From: an uncultured Gemmatimonadaceae bacterium
Lineage (GTDB): Bacteria > Gemmatimonadota > Gemmatimonadetes > Gemmatimonadales > GWC2-71-9
Direction: 5' to 3'
Assembly: GCA_964641815.1 (NCBI GenBank)
Contig: CAZXKN010000116.1
Coordinates: 1,889-65,888 of the forward strand
DNA length: 64,000 nt
Below the pieces are notes generated by a model that was given only the letters and a program-made list of their open reading frames with translations, was not told the DNA's origin and did no database searches. Positions within the stretch are counted from its first letter, which is position 1. The number at the start of each line of letters is the position of its first letter. Positions 54,427-63,131 of the stretch are shown here, one piece after another. The position numbers and the translations under genes were made by a program.

Positions 54427-57098
54427 CGGCGATTCGGTCCGATCAGGATCGCGTTCGTCACCAGGCGCGCCGTGCCGCGCCAGAAGCCGCGTAACAGGGG
54501 GTCGCCGAGGAACAGCACCACTCGGCCGTCCCCCTGATTTTCTACCACCGCCCACGCCGTCCCCTTCAACAAGCGGTCGGTATTCCCGGGCCAGCTGAAC
54601 CCCGAGAGGGTGAGCGAATCCTCGGTGAACACGACCGGGTTCGCGCCGTTCTTCGATTGCTTCCAGAACGTCGTGCCGTCGAGGTACACGGGCAGCTGGT
54701 CCTGCTCGTAGCCGAGCGTCAACCAGTGCGTGCGGTCGAGCGTGGCGCGGAAGATCGACCCCGGCAGCCACTCCGGTTTTTCCTTCGTCGGAGCGCTGGG
54801 AGAGCGGAGCGGCGGTGCGCTCGCCTGGATCGTGCTGTCGGACTTTCCCGAATCCGCGCCCACCGCGGCGATCGATGACAGTCCGACGTCCTTGTCGCTC
54901 GCGAAGTCGCCGGCGCCCCCGATCCCGATCAACACGCCGCCCGATTGCACCCAGGCTTTGAGCTTCGTGATGCCGCCCTCGCCGAGCTGCCGCTTCATGC
55001 GGCCGCCGGAGCCGTCGGGGAGGATGATCACGTTGAAGCTGCTCAGATCGTCGAGGTTGCCGAGGTTCGCGAGCGGCACCGGGGTGAACCCGGCGCCGAA
55101 GTCGCGTACCAGGAAGTGCCACAGCCAGCCATAGCTCGTTTCGGAGATGCCGTCGCCCACAGCGACGAGAATGTGGGGCGGGGACAGGCTGACGACGGCG
55201 TCCGAGCCGGTGCCGGTGCTCCCCGTGTCGGCGAATGCGCTGGCCACCGCGGTGACGGGGACGCCGAGCGGTACCGCGAGAGCGGGAATGCGATCGGCCA
55301 GCGTCGCCGGGTTGCGCTGCTGCCGCACCACGAAGCTGCCGCGCGGGAAGTCGTGCCCGTCCGCCACCAGCGGCCGCAGCGCCACGGCGACGTTGAAGCC
55401 CTCGCGCTCGAGCGCGTAGACGAGGCGGGCGGCGCCGAGGTTGTCGTCGCGAAACACGTAGGCCGACGTCGCCCGCGCCGGAGCGGCGGGCGCGGGCAGG
55501 ACCGTGTCCGTCACGGCGCTGCCGGCGGGCCCTGCGGCGTCCTCGGTCCAGTAGGCCTCGACATTGAAAGTGTACGGCATCGACCAGGCGGTGACGTCGT
55601 AGAACCCGTAATCCTCTTTGTCGGCGTCGCTGCCGCGGCGGCGATTGCGCCGAAATTTCTCGACCTGGTCCTGCACGAACGGCCGCTCGAGCACGGCATT
55701 GGGCTCGAGCAGCGCTTTGGCGAGTCGCCGCTGCGGCTGCGTCAGATCGACGATGTAGCTCCCCGCCGGGAAGGTGTGCCGCCCGGCCGTGCCGCCGAGG
55801 TAGGGATGCGAGAGCGTGGATGTCCAGGGCTGTGGCAGGCGCGACACTTCGATGCCGTTGCGCAGCAAGAGGCCCACGACGTGCGCCGTCATCCGCGGAT
55901 CGGTGCCGGGGAGCAGGACGATGCGCTTCATCCGGTCGGTCGCGGCTTCGTCCATCGCCGATGTGCGGAAGGCGTAGTAGTCGGCGAGGCGCGCCTGGCG
56001 GTTCCGGGCGGCGGTCTCGAGCGTCGCGAGCGACGCGATGAAGTGGTGCGCGATGCCGTCGCGGAACGTGCTGATCGTGCCGTCGTCGCGGCGGCGGTTG
56101 AACTCGGGGCCGCCGTCGGTTTCGTAGGTCATCCCCGTGGCGCCCTGGAACGTGGTCCACTCGTCCCAGTAGCCCGCGTAGAACAGGTCGAAGGTGCTGC
56201 GCACGAAGTACTGCCAGCCATAGTGGTCGAAGGCGGCGGCGTTGCCCCGGCCGAACACTTCGAACCAATGGGGCGCCTGTGGGGGGAGGTTCTGGTTCAG
56301 CGCGGGTGCGACCGGCGGGAAGAAGAACGTCTGTGTCGTCGAGTGGTGGTCCACGAATACCTGCGGGTGCCAGCGCAGGATCCCATCCATCATGACGCGC
56401 ACTTCGGGTTGACTCTGCGCCACGAGGTCGCGGTTCATGTCGAAGCGGAAGTGGTTGTAGCGCCCCGTCACGCCCCACGGCTCGTTCTGCTCCAGCGCCC
56501 ACGGGTTGTCGGCCCCGACCGCCACCGAGTTGTACCAGGCGGCGAAGCGCTCGTGGCCGTCGGGATTCGCCGACGGGTTCAGCACCAACACGACGTTCTT
56601 GAGGATCAGACGCGTGATCGAGTCGTCTCCGGCGAGCATCTGATAGGCGACCTGCATCGCCGCTTCGAACCCCGCCGGCTCGTCGCCGTGCACCGAGTAC
56701 TGGAACAGCACGATGATCGGCTCAGCGGCGGCGATTTGGGTGGCGCGCGCCGCGGGCGTCTTGCGCGGATCGGTCAGCTCTCCGACGGCGGCGCGGATCT
56801 GCTCGACGCGGGCAAGGTTCGCCGCATCGGAGATGATCAGCACCCGGTAGGGCCGGTGCTCCACCGTCTGCCCCCAGGTCTCGGCGCGCACCCGGTCGGG
56901 CGCCGTGGCGAGCAGCGTGTCGAGATACCGCTGCATCACGGCGTACATCGTCTGCTGCTCGCCGGCGGCGTAGCCCGTGATCGCCTCGGGGCGCGGCACT
57001 GTGGGGCGGTACGGCCCGCGCGCGTAGAAGTCGAAGGATTGCGCCGCCAATGACGCTGACGCGCTCAGGAGTCCGACGAGCAGGGCGTTGGTTCGCAT
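54423..57098 (-). CDS. M14-family zinc carboxypeptidase, large secreted multidomain form
   Basis: 891 aa with signal peptide MRTNALLVGLLSASASLAAQ. The zinc motif is SVHGDEPAG (HxxE), and the M14 core lies in the first ~350 aa. Confidence 0.8.
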   Translation of the reverse strand: MRTNALLVGLLSASASLAAQSFDFYARGPYRPTVPRPEAITGYAAGEQQTMYAVMQRYLDTLLATAPDRVRAETWGQTVEHRPYRVLIISDAANLARVEQIRAAVGELTDPRKTPAARATQIAAAEPIIVLFQYSVHGDEPAGFEAAMQVAYQMLAGDDSITRLILKNVVLVLNPSANPDGHERFAAWYNSVAVGADNPWALEQNEPWGVTGRYNHFRFDMNRDLVAQSQPEVRVMMDGILRWHPQVFVDHHSTTQTFFFPPVAPALNQNLPPQAPHWFEVFGRGNAAAFDHYGWQYFVRSTFDLFYAGYWDEWTTFQGATGMTYETDGGPEFNRRRDDGTISTFRDGIAHHFIASLATLETAARNRQARLADYYAFRTSAMDEAATDRMKRIVLLPGTDPRMTAHVVGLLLRNGIEVSRLPQPWTSTLSHPYLGGTAGRHTFPAGSYIVDLTQPQRRLAKALLEPNAVLERPFVQDQVEKFRRNRRRGSDADKEDYGFYDVTAWSMPYTFNVEAYWTEDAAGPAGSAVTDTVLPAPAAPARATSAYVFRDDNLGAARLVYALEREGFNVAVALRPLVADGHDFPRGSFVVRQQRNPATLADRIPALAVPLGVPVTAVASAFADTGSTGTGSDAVVSLSPPHILVAVGDGISETSYGWLWHFLVRDFGAGFTPVPLANLGNLDDLSSFNVIILPDGSGGRMKRQLGEGGITKLKAWVQSGGVLIGIGGAGDFASDKDVGLSSIAAVGADSGKSDSTIQASAPPLRSPSAPTKEKPEWLPGSIFRATLDRTHWLTLGYEQDQLPVYLDGTTFWKQSKNGANPVVFTEDSLTLSGFSWPGNTDRLLKGTAWAVVENQGDGRVVLFLGDPLLRGFWRGTARLVTNAILIGPNRR

Positions 57099-57182
57099 GG
57101 GCGCTCAATGTATCCCCCGCCGGCAATGACGCAACCACTTGTTATTGGCTGACTTGTGGCCGTGTCCCTTGACGGTGACCAA

Positions 57183-57251
57183 GTCACGATATAACGTGAC
57201 AATACATCTTACGTAACATCTTGACGTAAGATCTTACGTAGCATCGTAAGA
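57183..57251. promoter_or_regulatory. AT-rich operator/promoter region with three inverted repeats upstream of the PadR gene
   Basis: Three inverted repeats: GTCACG-n6-CGTGAC (57183-57200), ATCTTACGT-n9-ACGTAAGAT (57206-57232) and TCTTACG-n6-CGTAAGA (57232-57251). TTGACG at 57221 is -35-like. The SD AGGGAG at 57261 precedes ATG 57274. Confidence 0.55.
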
Positions 57252-57273
57252 CATATCGAAAGGGAGTGGCATC

Positions 57274-57810
57274 ATGCGACACGGTTTCGACTGGGATGGG
57301 CTCTTCGGACCACGGGTCTTCGCTTTTGGCCATGGCGGCAGGCATCGTCGCCGCCGGCAATGGTTCGAGTCGGGCGACATGAAGTACGTGATCCTGAAAC
57401 AGCTGCGGGAAAAGCCCAAGCACGGCTACGAGATCATGAAAGATCTCGCCGAGCAGATGCACGGCTGCTACTCGCCCTCGCCGGGCACCGTCTATCCGAC
57501 GCTGCAGTGGCTCGAAGATGAGGGGCTGGTGCGTTCGCGCGACGTGGACGGCAAGAAGGTCTACGACATCACCGAGGCCGGGACGAAGTTCCTCGAGGAG
57601 CACAAGGACGTGGTCACCGACATCTTCGACCGTGTTGCCGAGACCGTAGAAGAGGCGCTGGGCGGCTCGATGGCCGAGTTGAACCAGGGTGCGGCGCGCC
57701 TCATGAAGCTCATCGCCCGCCACGGCTGGCGGGGCTCGGACGAAGCGAGAAAAAAGATCGCCGACATTCTCAATAAGGCCGCCAAGGACATCGAGGACGC
57801 ACTCGCATGA
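57274..57810 (+). CDS. PadR-family transcriptional regulator
   Basis: 178 aa with winged-helix core MKYVILKQLREKPKHGYEIMKDL...GTVYPTLQWLEDEGLV and a basic N-terminal extension (GGRHRRRRQW). Confidence 0.85.
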   Translation: MRHGFDWDGLFGPRVFAFGHGGRHRRRRQWFESGDMKYVILKQLREKPKHGYEIMKDLAEQMHGCYSPSPGTVYPTLQWLEDEGLVRSRDVDGKKVYDITEAGTKFLEEHKDVVTDIFDRVAETVEEALGGSMAELNQGAARLMKLIARHGWRGSDEARKKIADILNKAAKDIEDALA

Positions 57811-58241
57811 ACAGTCCCACGACGGGCATCCGCGCGTCGGATGCCGAGCGCGAACAGGTCGCGAAGCTGTTGCAAACGGCCGCCGGTGAAGGCCGGCTGA
57901 CGCCGGAAGAGGCAGGGGATCGTCTCGCGCAAGCATCTGCGGCGCAATTCCGTGACGAGCTGGAACGGCTCGTGGCCGATCTCCCGTCCGTGCCGCGCGA
58001 GCTGCCCGGCGTGCGCCCCCTGCCGCGTGCGTTCTGGGTCGCGGGCGGGCTGCTGCGCGTGGCGACATTCATCGGCTTCCTGCTGCTGTTCTGGCGCGTC
58101 GCCCTCTGGCCGGCGTTGCTGTTCGGCATCTTCGGGTTCTTCGCCATGACGCGCGCCATGCGGTTCGGCTGGTACGCGCGCCGGCAGCGGTGGATGATGC
58201 GGCGCGGCTGGCCGGATCGCTGGGGGACCGTAGTCCGCTGA
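57807..58241 (+). CDS. DUF1707-like membrane protein
   Basis: 144 aa. The N-terminal segment RASDAEREQVAKLLQTAAGEGRLTPEEAGDRL is followed by two TM helices. ATGA overlap with the PadR stop. Confidence 0.65.
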   Translation: MNSPTTGIRASDAEREQVAKLLQTAAGEGRLTPEEAGDRLAQASAAQFRDELERLVADLPSVPRELPGVRPLPRAFWVAGGLLRVATFIGFLLLFWRVALWPALLFGIFGFFAMTRAMRFGWYARRQRWMMRRGWPDRWGTVVR

Positions 58242-58246
58242 CCGGA

Positions 58247-58276
58247 CGCGCGCGAAATCGACTACATTTGCGCGCG
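58247..58276 (+). other. GC/AT hairpin between the DUF1707 gene and cutC
   Basis: CGCGCGCGAAAT (58247-58258) and ATTTGCGCGCG (58266-58276) form an imperfect inverted repeat. Its 3-prime arm reaches the cutC GTG start. Confidence 0.35.
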
Positions 58277-59040
58277 TGATGCTCGAAGCCTGCGTCGACT
58301 CCGTCGAATCGGCGCTCAGCGCCCAGGCGGGGGGCGCCGACCGGGTGGAGTTGTGCGACAACCTGCTCGAAGGCGGCACGACACCGAGCGCCGGGTTGAT
58401 CGCGCTCTGCTGTGCGCGGCTCAGGATTCCGGTCCACGTCCTGATCCGTCCCCGTGGCGGTGACTTCGTCTACTCCGACCTCGAGCTCGACGTGATGCGG
58501 CGCGACATTGCCGTCGCCCGCGAGCACGGTGCCCACGGGGTCGTGTTCGGCGTCCTGCTCCCCGACGGCGCGATCGACGTCCCCCGCACACGAGCGCTCG
58601 TCGCCGCGGCCCGACCGCTCCGCGTTACGTTCCACCGCGCGTTCGATTTCACGGCCGATCCCGACCAGGCTCTCGATGATCTCATCACCCTCGGCGTGGA
58701 CCGGCTGCTCACCTCGGGCCTCGCGGCGACGGCACTCCTTGGCAGCGGCATTCTCGCGCGCCTGGTGCGGCGCGCCGCCGGCCGTATCGCGATCGCCGCC
58801 GGCGGCGGGCTCTCGGAAGAAAATGTGCTCGCCGTGATCGAGCGCACCGGCGTCCCGGAGGTCCACGTGCGCGCCACGGCGCTGCTTGAGAGCCCCGTCG
58901 CCTACCGCCCCACGCACCTGTCCCTGTTGAAGCAGCCGCTCCCCAACGAATACGACCGCGCCGTCACCGACCCCGAGCGGATCCGGCGCCTCGTGGAGCT
59001 GCTGGGAAAGCGCACCCTCGTGGAGCGTCCGTCATGCTGA
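58276..59040 (+). CDS. cutC: copper homeostasis protein CutC
   Basis: 254 aa with MLEACVDSVESALSAQAGGADRVELC, RPRGGDFVYS, FHRAFD and LTSG, typical of the CutC TIM barrel. Confidence 0.85.
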   Translation: MMLEACVDSVESALSAQAGGADRVELCDNLLEGGTTPSAGLIALCCARLRIPVHVLIRPRGGDFVYSDLELDVMRRDIAVAREHGAHGVVFGVLLPDGAIDVPRTRALVAAARPLRVTFHRAFDFTADPDQALDDLITLGVDRLLTSGLAATALLGSGILARLVRRAAGRIAIAAGGGLSEENVLAVIERTGVPEVHVRATALLESPVAYRPTHLSLLKQPLPNEYDRAVTDPERIRRLVELLGKRTLVERPSC

Positions 59041-60689
59041 CTCGCCGCGAGATGCTGTCGCGCCTGGCCGGTGCCGGCGCCGCTCTCTCCGGGCTGCGCG
59101 TCCCGGCCGGCACCCTCGGATCCCTGGCACCGCGCCTCGCCCGTCCCACGGCGGCGCAACGCGCCTGGCAGGATCTCGAGCTCGGGATGTTCGTGCACTT
59201 CGCTCCCAACACCTGGCAAGAAAAGGAATACGACGACCTGTCGCTCGCTCCCGGCGCGATCATGGAGAACGTCGACACCGAACAGTGGGTCGACACCGCC
59301 CTGACACTCGGAGCCCGCTACATCGTTCTGGTCGCGAAACACGCCGGTGGATTTTGTCTCTGGCAGACCGACACGACCGACTACTGCATCAAGAACTCCC
59401 CGTGGAAGGGAGGACGCGGCGACGTCATGGCGTCGCTCGCCGACGCCTGCGGCCGGCGCGGGCTGCAGCTCGGCGTCTACCTCTCGCCGCGCGACGACAA
59501 ACACGGCGCCGGCCTGTCGGGCAAGTGCGCCACGCCCGCAGCGCAGGCCGCGTACGACGAGCTGTATCGTCGCCAGCTCACCGAGCTGCTGTCGCACTAT
59601 GGCCCGATCGTCGAGCTGTGGCTTGATGGCTCGAGCGTCGTCCCCACCGGCGACATCGTGGCCAACTACCAGCCCGACGCGATGGTGTTTCAGGGACCCC
59701 AGGCGACGATCCGCTGGGTCGGCAACGAGGACGGCTTCGCACCCTACCCCTGCTGGAATTCGCTCGTCGCCGCCGACGCGAGGACCGGCATCGCGACGGC
59801 GCTGCACGGCGATCCCGCCGGCGATGTCTGGATGCCCGTCGAGGTCGACGTCTCGATGCGCCGTCCCCACTGGTTCTGGAATACGACCGACGAGGCCAAC
59901 CTCCTGACGCTCGACCAGCTGATCGAGATCTACTACCGCTCGGTGGGCCGCGGTACGCAGCTGTTGCTCAACATGCCGCCCGACCGCACCGGGCGCATTC
60001 CCGCGCTGGACGCGGCGCGCGCCGGCGAGTTCGGCGACGAGATCCGCCGCCGCTTCGGGACGGTGGTGGGGGAAGGCGCCGTGACGGGGCGCCTGCTCGA
60101 TATCAGCCTCGGAGGCACACGGCGCGTCGACCACGTCATCCTGCAGGAAGCGATCGGGCAGGGCGAGCGGGTGCGCGGCTGGCGTCTGGAGGGCTATGCC
60201 TGGGAGCATTGGCAGCCGCTCGCGACCGGCACGGCTATCGGTCACAAACAGATCGTCCCGGTCACGCCGGACGGTTACACGATTCTGCGTCTCACCGTGA
60301 CCGACGCCCGCGAGGAGCCGGTCATTCAGCGGCTGGCCGCTTTCGACACCGGCAAGGCGCCACCAAAGACCTGGGCCGATCAGGCGCAGCTCTGGGCCGA
60401 CAACGCGGTAGGCCGGTGGAACGGGGACACGCTCACCCTCGACCTCACGCCCAACGTCCAGACGGCAGGTCAATACGAGCTGCGGCTCCTCGCTCCAGGA
60501 ACGACGCGCGTCGAGATCAAGACCCTCGAGCTGTCGGTCCGTGGGGCTGCGCAGCCGACGCTGGCCCGCATGGCCCCGGGCCGCAAAGATGCGGCGATCC
60601 TGACCATCCCCGAAGCCAACGATCCTGTTACGATCCGCGTACGGCTGCGTGAAGCCGCGAAGGGGACGGCCTTGCTCCAGAAACTGTAA
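59034..60689 (+). CDS. GH29 alpha-L-fucosidase, Tat-exported, with C-terminal beta-sandwich domain
   Basis: 551 aa with Tat-like signal TRREMLSRLAGAGAA. GH29 core motifs: GMFVHFAPNTW, GARYIVLVAKHAGGFCLWQT, YLSPRD. Confidence 0.85.
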   Translation: MLTRREMLSRLAGAGAALSGLRVPAGTLGSLAPRLARPTAAQRAWQDLELGMFVHFAPNTWQEKEYDDLSLAPGAIMENVDTEQWVDTALTLGARYIVLVAKHAGGFCLWQTDTTDYCIKNSPWKGGRGDVMASLADACGRRGLQLGVYLSPRDDKHGAGLSGKCATPAAQAAYDELYRRQLTELLSHYGPIVELWLDGSSVVPTGDIVANYQPDAMVFQGPQATIRWVGNEDGFAPYPCWNSLVAADARTGIATALHGDPAGDVWMPVEVDVSMRRPHWFWNTTDEANLLTLDQLIEIYYRSVGRGTQLLLNMPPDRTGRIPALDAARAGEFGDEIRRRFGTVVGEGAVTGRLLDISLGGTRRVDHVILQEAIGQGERVRGWRLEGYAWEHWQPLATGTAIGHKQIVPVTPDGYTILRLTVTDAREEPVIQRLAAFDTGKAPPKTWADQAQLWADNAVGRWNGDTLTLDLTPNVQTAGQYELRLLAPGTTRVEIKTLELSVRGAAQPTLARMAPGRKDAAILTIPEANDPVTIRVRLREAAKGTALLQKL

Positions 60690-60704
60690 ATTAACTTGTT
60701 TCCT

Positions 60705-63131
60705 ATGCGACCACTCCTCCTGCTCTCTCTCCTGCTCGTCGCCTGTCACCCTGCGGCGCAGCGCGCCAGCGATCCTCCCGGCACGGGCCCGCGCCGCCTT
60801 CCCACCGGCAGAGTCCTCGACCCGGCCGGCGTTACGCGACCAGTGGGGCAGATGCCGCTCGGCATGGTGCTGTCTCCCGCGGGGTCCCGGCTGGTACTGC
60901 TGCTCGGCGGATGGCGCGAGCATGGCCTGCAGGTGGTCGACCGCACAGGCCAGGTGCGCCAGACGATCCCCCAGGCGGCCGCGTTCGTGGGCCTCGCGTT
61001 CACGGGGCTCGGCACGTCGCTGTACGCGTCGGGTGGGAACACCGACGTGGTATATCGCTACCGCTGGACGAACGATCGCGCGCAGCTCGCCGATTCGATC
61101 ATGCTCGCGCCGCGCAGCCCGGGGAAGGACGGAACGCACTACCCCGCCGGACTCGCGTTGTCGGGTGATGGACGGATGCTCTATGTCGCCGAGAACCTCG
61201 CCGACTCGCTCGCCGTCGTCGATGTCTCGACGGGCACGGTGGTGCAGCGACTCGCGACCGGCCGCTATCCCTACGCCGTTGCCGTGACGCCCGATGGATC
61301 GGTGTTCGTGTCCAACTGGGGCGCCAGCGCGCTGTCGGTGTTCGCCCCGGCCGGCAACGGTCGCTTGAACGCCGCCACGTTCGTCCCCGCCGGCCGCCAC
61401 CCCTCGGCGCTGCTGCTCAACAAGTCGGGCTCGCGGGTGTTCGTCGCTTCCGGCAGCACGGACCGCGTCACCGTCCTCGACACGCGTTCTCACGCCGTCG
61501 TGGCGACACTGCTCGATCCGCCGCCTTCCGGCCCCGACGAGGGCACGACGCCCAACGCGCTCGCCCTGTCGGACGACGGCACGCGCCTCTTCGTCGCCGA
61601 AGCGGATGCCAACGCCGTGGCGGCATTCGACCTCCAGGCCGCGACCGCCGACGTCCCGTCCGCGAGCGGCAACGACCAGCTCGCGGGCCGGATCCCCGCG
61701 GGGTGGTATCCGACGGCGCTCGTCCAGATGCACGACACGCTGCTCGTCGCCAACGGGAAGGGAGCCGGGACTGGACCGAATCCTGCCGGTCCGCAACCCG
61801 ATGCAGCGCGGGCGCGCCACGGTGGCGATCCCGATACGAGCTACACCCTGGGACAGATTCGCGGCTCGCTGTCGATCATTCCCGTCCCGCGCGCGGGTCT
61901 CGATCTCCCGGCGCTCAGTGCCCGCGTTGGCCGGGCGAACGGGTGGGACAGTACACACACCGGCAGTCCGTATCCGCCCCTGACCCACGTGATCTACGTT
62001 CTGAAGGAGAATCGGACGTACGATCAGGTCCTCGGTGACCTGCCCGCCGCCGACGGCGACACGTCGCTGGTGCTGTTCGGCCGATCCGTCACGCCCAACC
62101 AGCATGCCCTGGCGGAGCGGTTCGGCATCTTCGATCGGTTTTTCGTCAACGCCGAGGTGAGCGCCGACGGCCACAACTGGTCGATGGCGGGATACGTCAC
62201 GGATTACACACAAAAGACGACACCTGCGAATTACGATCACGGTGGCCGAACCTACGACTACGAGGGGGAGAACCGCGGCACGATCCCCGAGGAAGACGTG
62301 GCGGAGCCCGCCCAGGGGTACGTCTGGGATCTGGCCCGCCGCGCCGGGATCAGCTTTGCGAACTTCGGCGAGTTCACGCGGGCCGAGGGAGGTGCATACC
62401 GCGGGCTCAAGGCGTTCCTCGCGGCGCACACCGACACCGCCTATCCCGGCTGGGATCTCTCGATCCCCGACCAGCGCCGGGCGGACGAATGGCTGGCTCG
62501 CTTTCGCGGCTGGGTCGAAGCGGGATCCATGCCGGCGCTTCAGATCGTGTATTTGCCCCAGGATCATACGTCGGGGGCGACAGCGGGCGCTCCCACGCCA
62601 CGCGCCATGGTCGCGGACAATGACCTCGCGCTCGGCCGCGTCGTTGCGGCACTCACGCACAGTCCGTTCTGGAAGAGCACGGTCGTCTTCGTGATGGAGG
62701 ACGACGCCCAGAATGGCCCCGACCACGTGGATTCACACCGCTCACCGCTGCTCGTGATCTCGGCCTACGGCAAGGGCGGAGTGATCCATCGCTTCACCAA
62801 CACGACCGACGCCTTGCGCACGATGGAAGAGATCCTGAAGCTCGACGCCCTGTCGCAATTCGATCATTACGGGCATCCGCTGCGAGACATCTGGCGCGAC
62901 ACGCCGGACACGACGCCGTTCACGGCGCTGACCCCGGCCGTGCCGCTCGATGAGCAGAACCGGGCAGGCACGCGGGCGGCGCGCGAGTCGCGGCGCCTCG
63001 ATCTCACCGATGTGGACGCCGCGGACATGGATGCCTTCAACCGCGTCCTGTGGATGGCGGTGAAGGGGGAGCAGGCGCCCTATCCGGGAACACACCGGAT
63101 GTCGGCGCTGGAGGTGCGCCGCTCGCGGTGA
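60705..63131 (+). CDS. lipoprotein fusing a YVTN/lactonase-type beta-propeller to a phosphoesterase-family (phospholipase C / acid phosphatase-like) domain
   Basis: Trimmed to MRPLLLLSLLLVACHP (lipobox). N-terminal propeller repeats include YVAENLADSLAVVDVSTGTVV, YPYAVAVTPDGSVFVSNWG and VFVASGSTDRVTVLD. The C-terminal phosphoesterase motifs are HVIYVLKENRTYDQVLGDL, NAEVSADGHNWS, YLPQDHTSG and MEDDAQNGPDHVD. Confidence 0.8.
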   Translation: MRPLLLLSLLLVACHPAAQRASDPPGTGPRRLPTGRVLDPAGVTRPVGQMPLGMVLSPAGSRLVLLLGGWREHGLQVVDRTGQVRQTIPQAAAFVGLAFTGLGTSLYASGGNTDVVYRYRWTNDRAQLADSIMLAPRSPGKDGTHYPAGLALSGDGRMLYVAENLADSLAVVDVSTGTVVQRLATGRYPYAVAVTPDGSVFVSNWGASALSVFAPAGNGRLNAATFVPAGRHPSALLLNKSGSRVFVASGSTDRVTVLDTRSHAVVATLLDPPPSGPDEGTTPNALALSDDGTRLFVAEADANAVAAFDLQAATADVPSASGNDQLAGRIPAGWYPTALVQMHDTLLVANGKGAGTGPNPAGPQPDAARARHGGDPDTSYTLGQIRGSLSIIPVPRAGLDLPALSARVGRANGWDSTHTGSPYPPLTHVIYVLKENRTYDQVLGDLPAADGDTSLVLFGRSVTPNQHALAERFGIFDRFFVNAEVSADGHNWSMAGYVTDYTQKTTPANYDHGGRTYDYEGENRGTIPEEDVAEPAQGYVWDLARRAGISFANFGEFTRAEGGAYRGLKAFLAAHTDTAYPGWDLSIPDQRRADEWLARFRGWVEAGSMPALQIVYLPQDHTSGATAGAPTPRAMVADNDLALGRVVAALTHSPFWKSTVVFVMEDDAQNGPDHVDSHRSPLLVISAYGKGGVIHRFTNTTDALRTMEEILKLDALSQFDHYGHPLRDIWRDTPDTTPFTALTPAVPLDEQNRAGTRAARESRRLDLTDVDAADMDAFNRVLWMAVKGEQAPYPGTHRMSALEVRRSR

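Noticed and set aside
53299-56502. 1067-aa minus-strand ORF
   Set aside because: It is out of frame with or antisense to the PDZ and M14 genes, which have clear motifs. It is an Arg/Pro-rich low-complexity translation and a GC artefact.
58902-62726. 1274-aa minus-strand ORF, the longest in the track
   Set aside because: It is antisense to the well-supported fucosidase and phosphoesterase genes. Its composition is dominated by Arg/Gly/Pro/Ala with no recognisable domain. This is a typical stop-poor antisense frame in GC-rich DNA.
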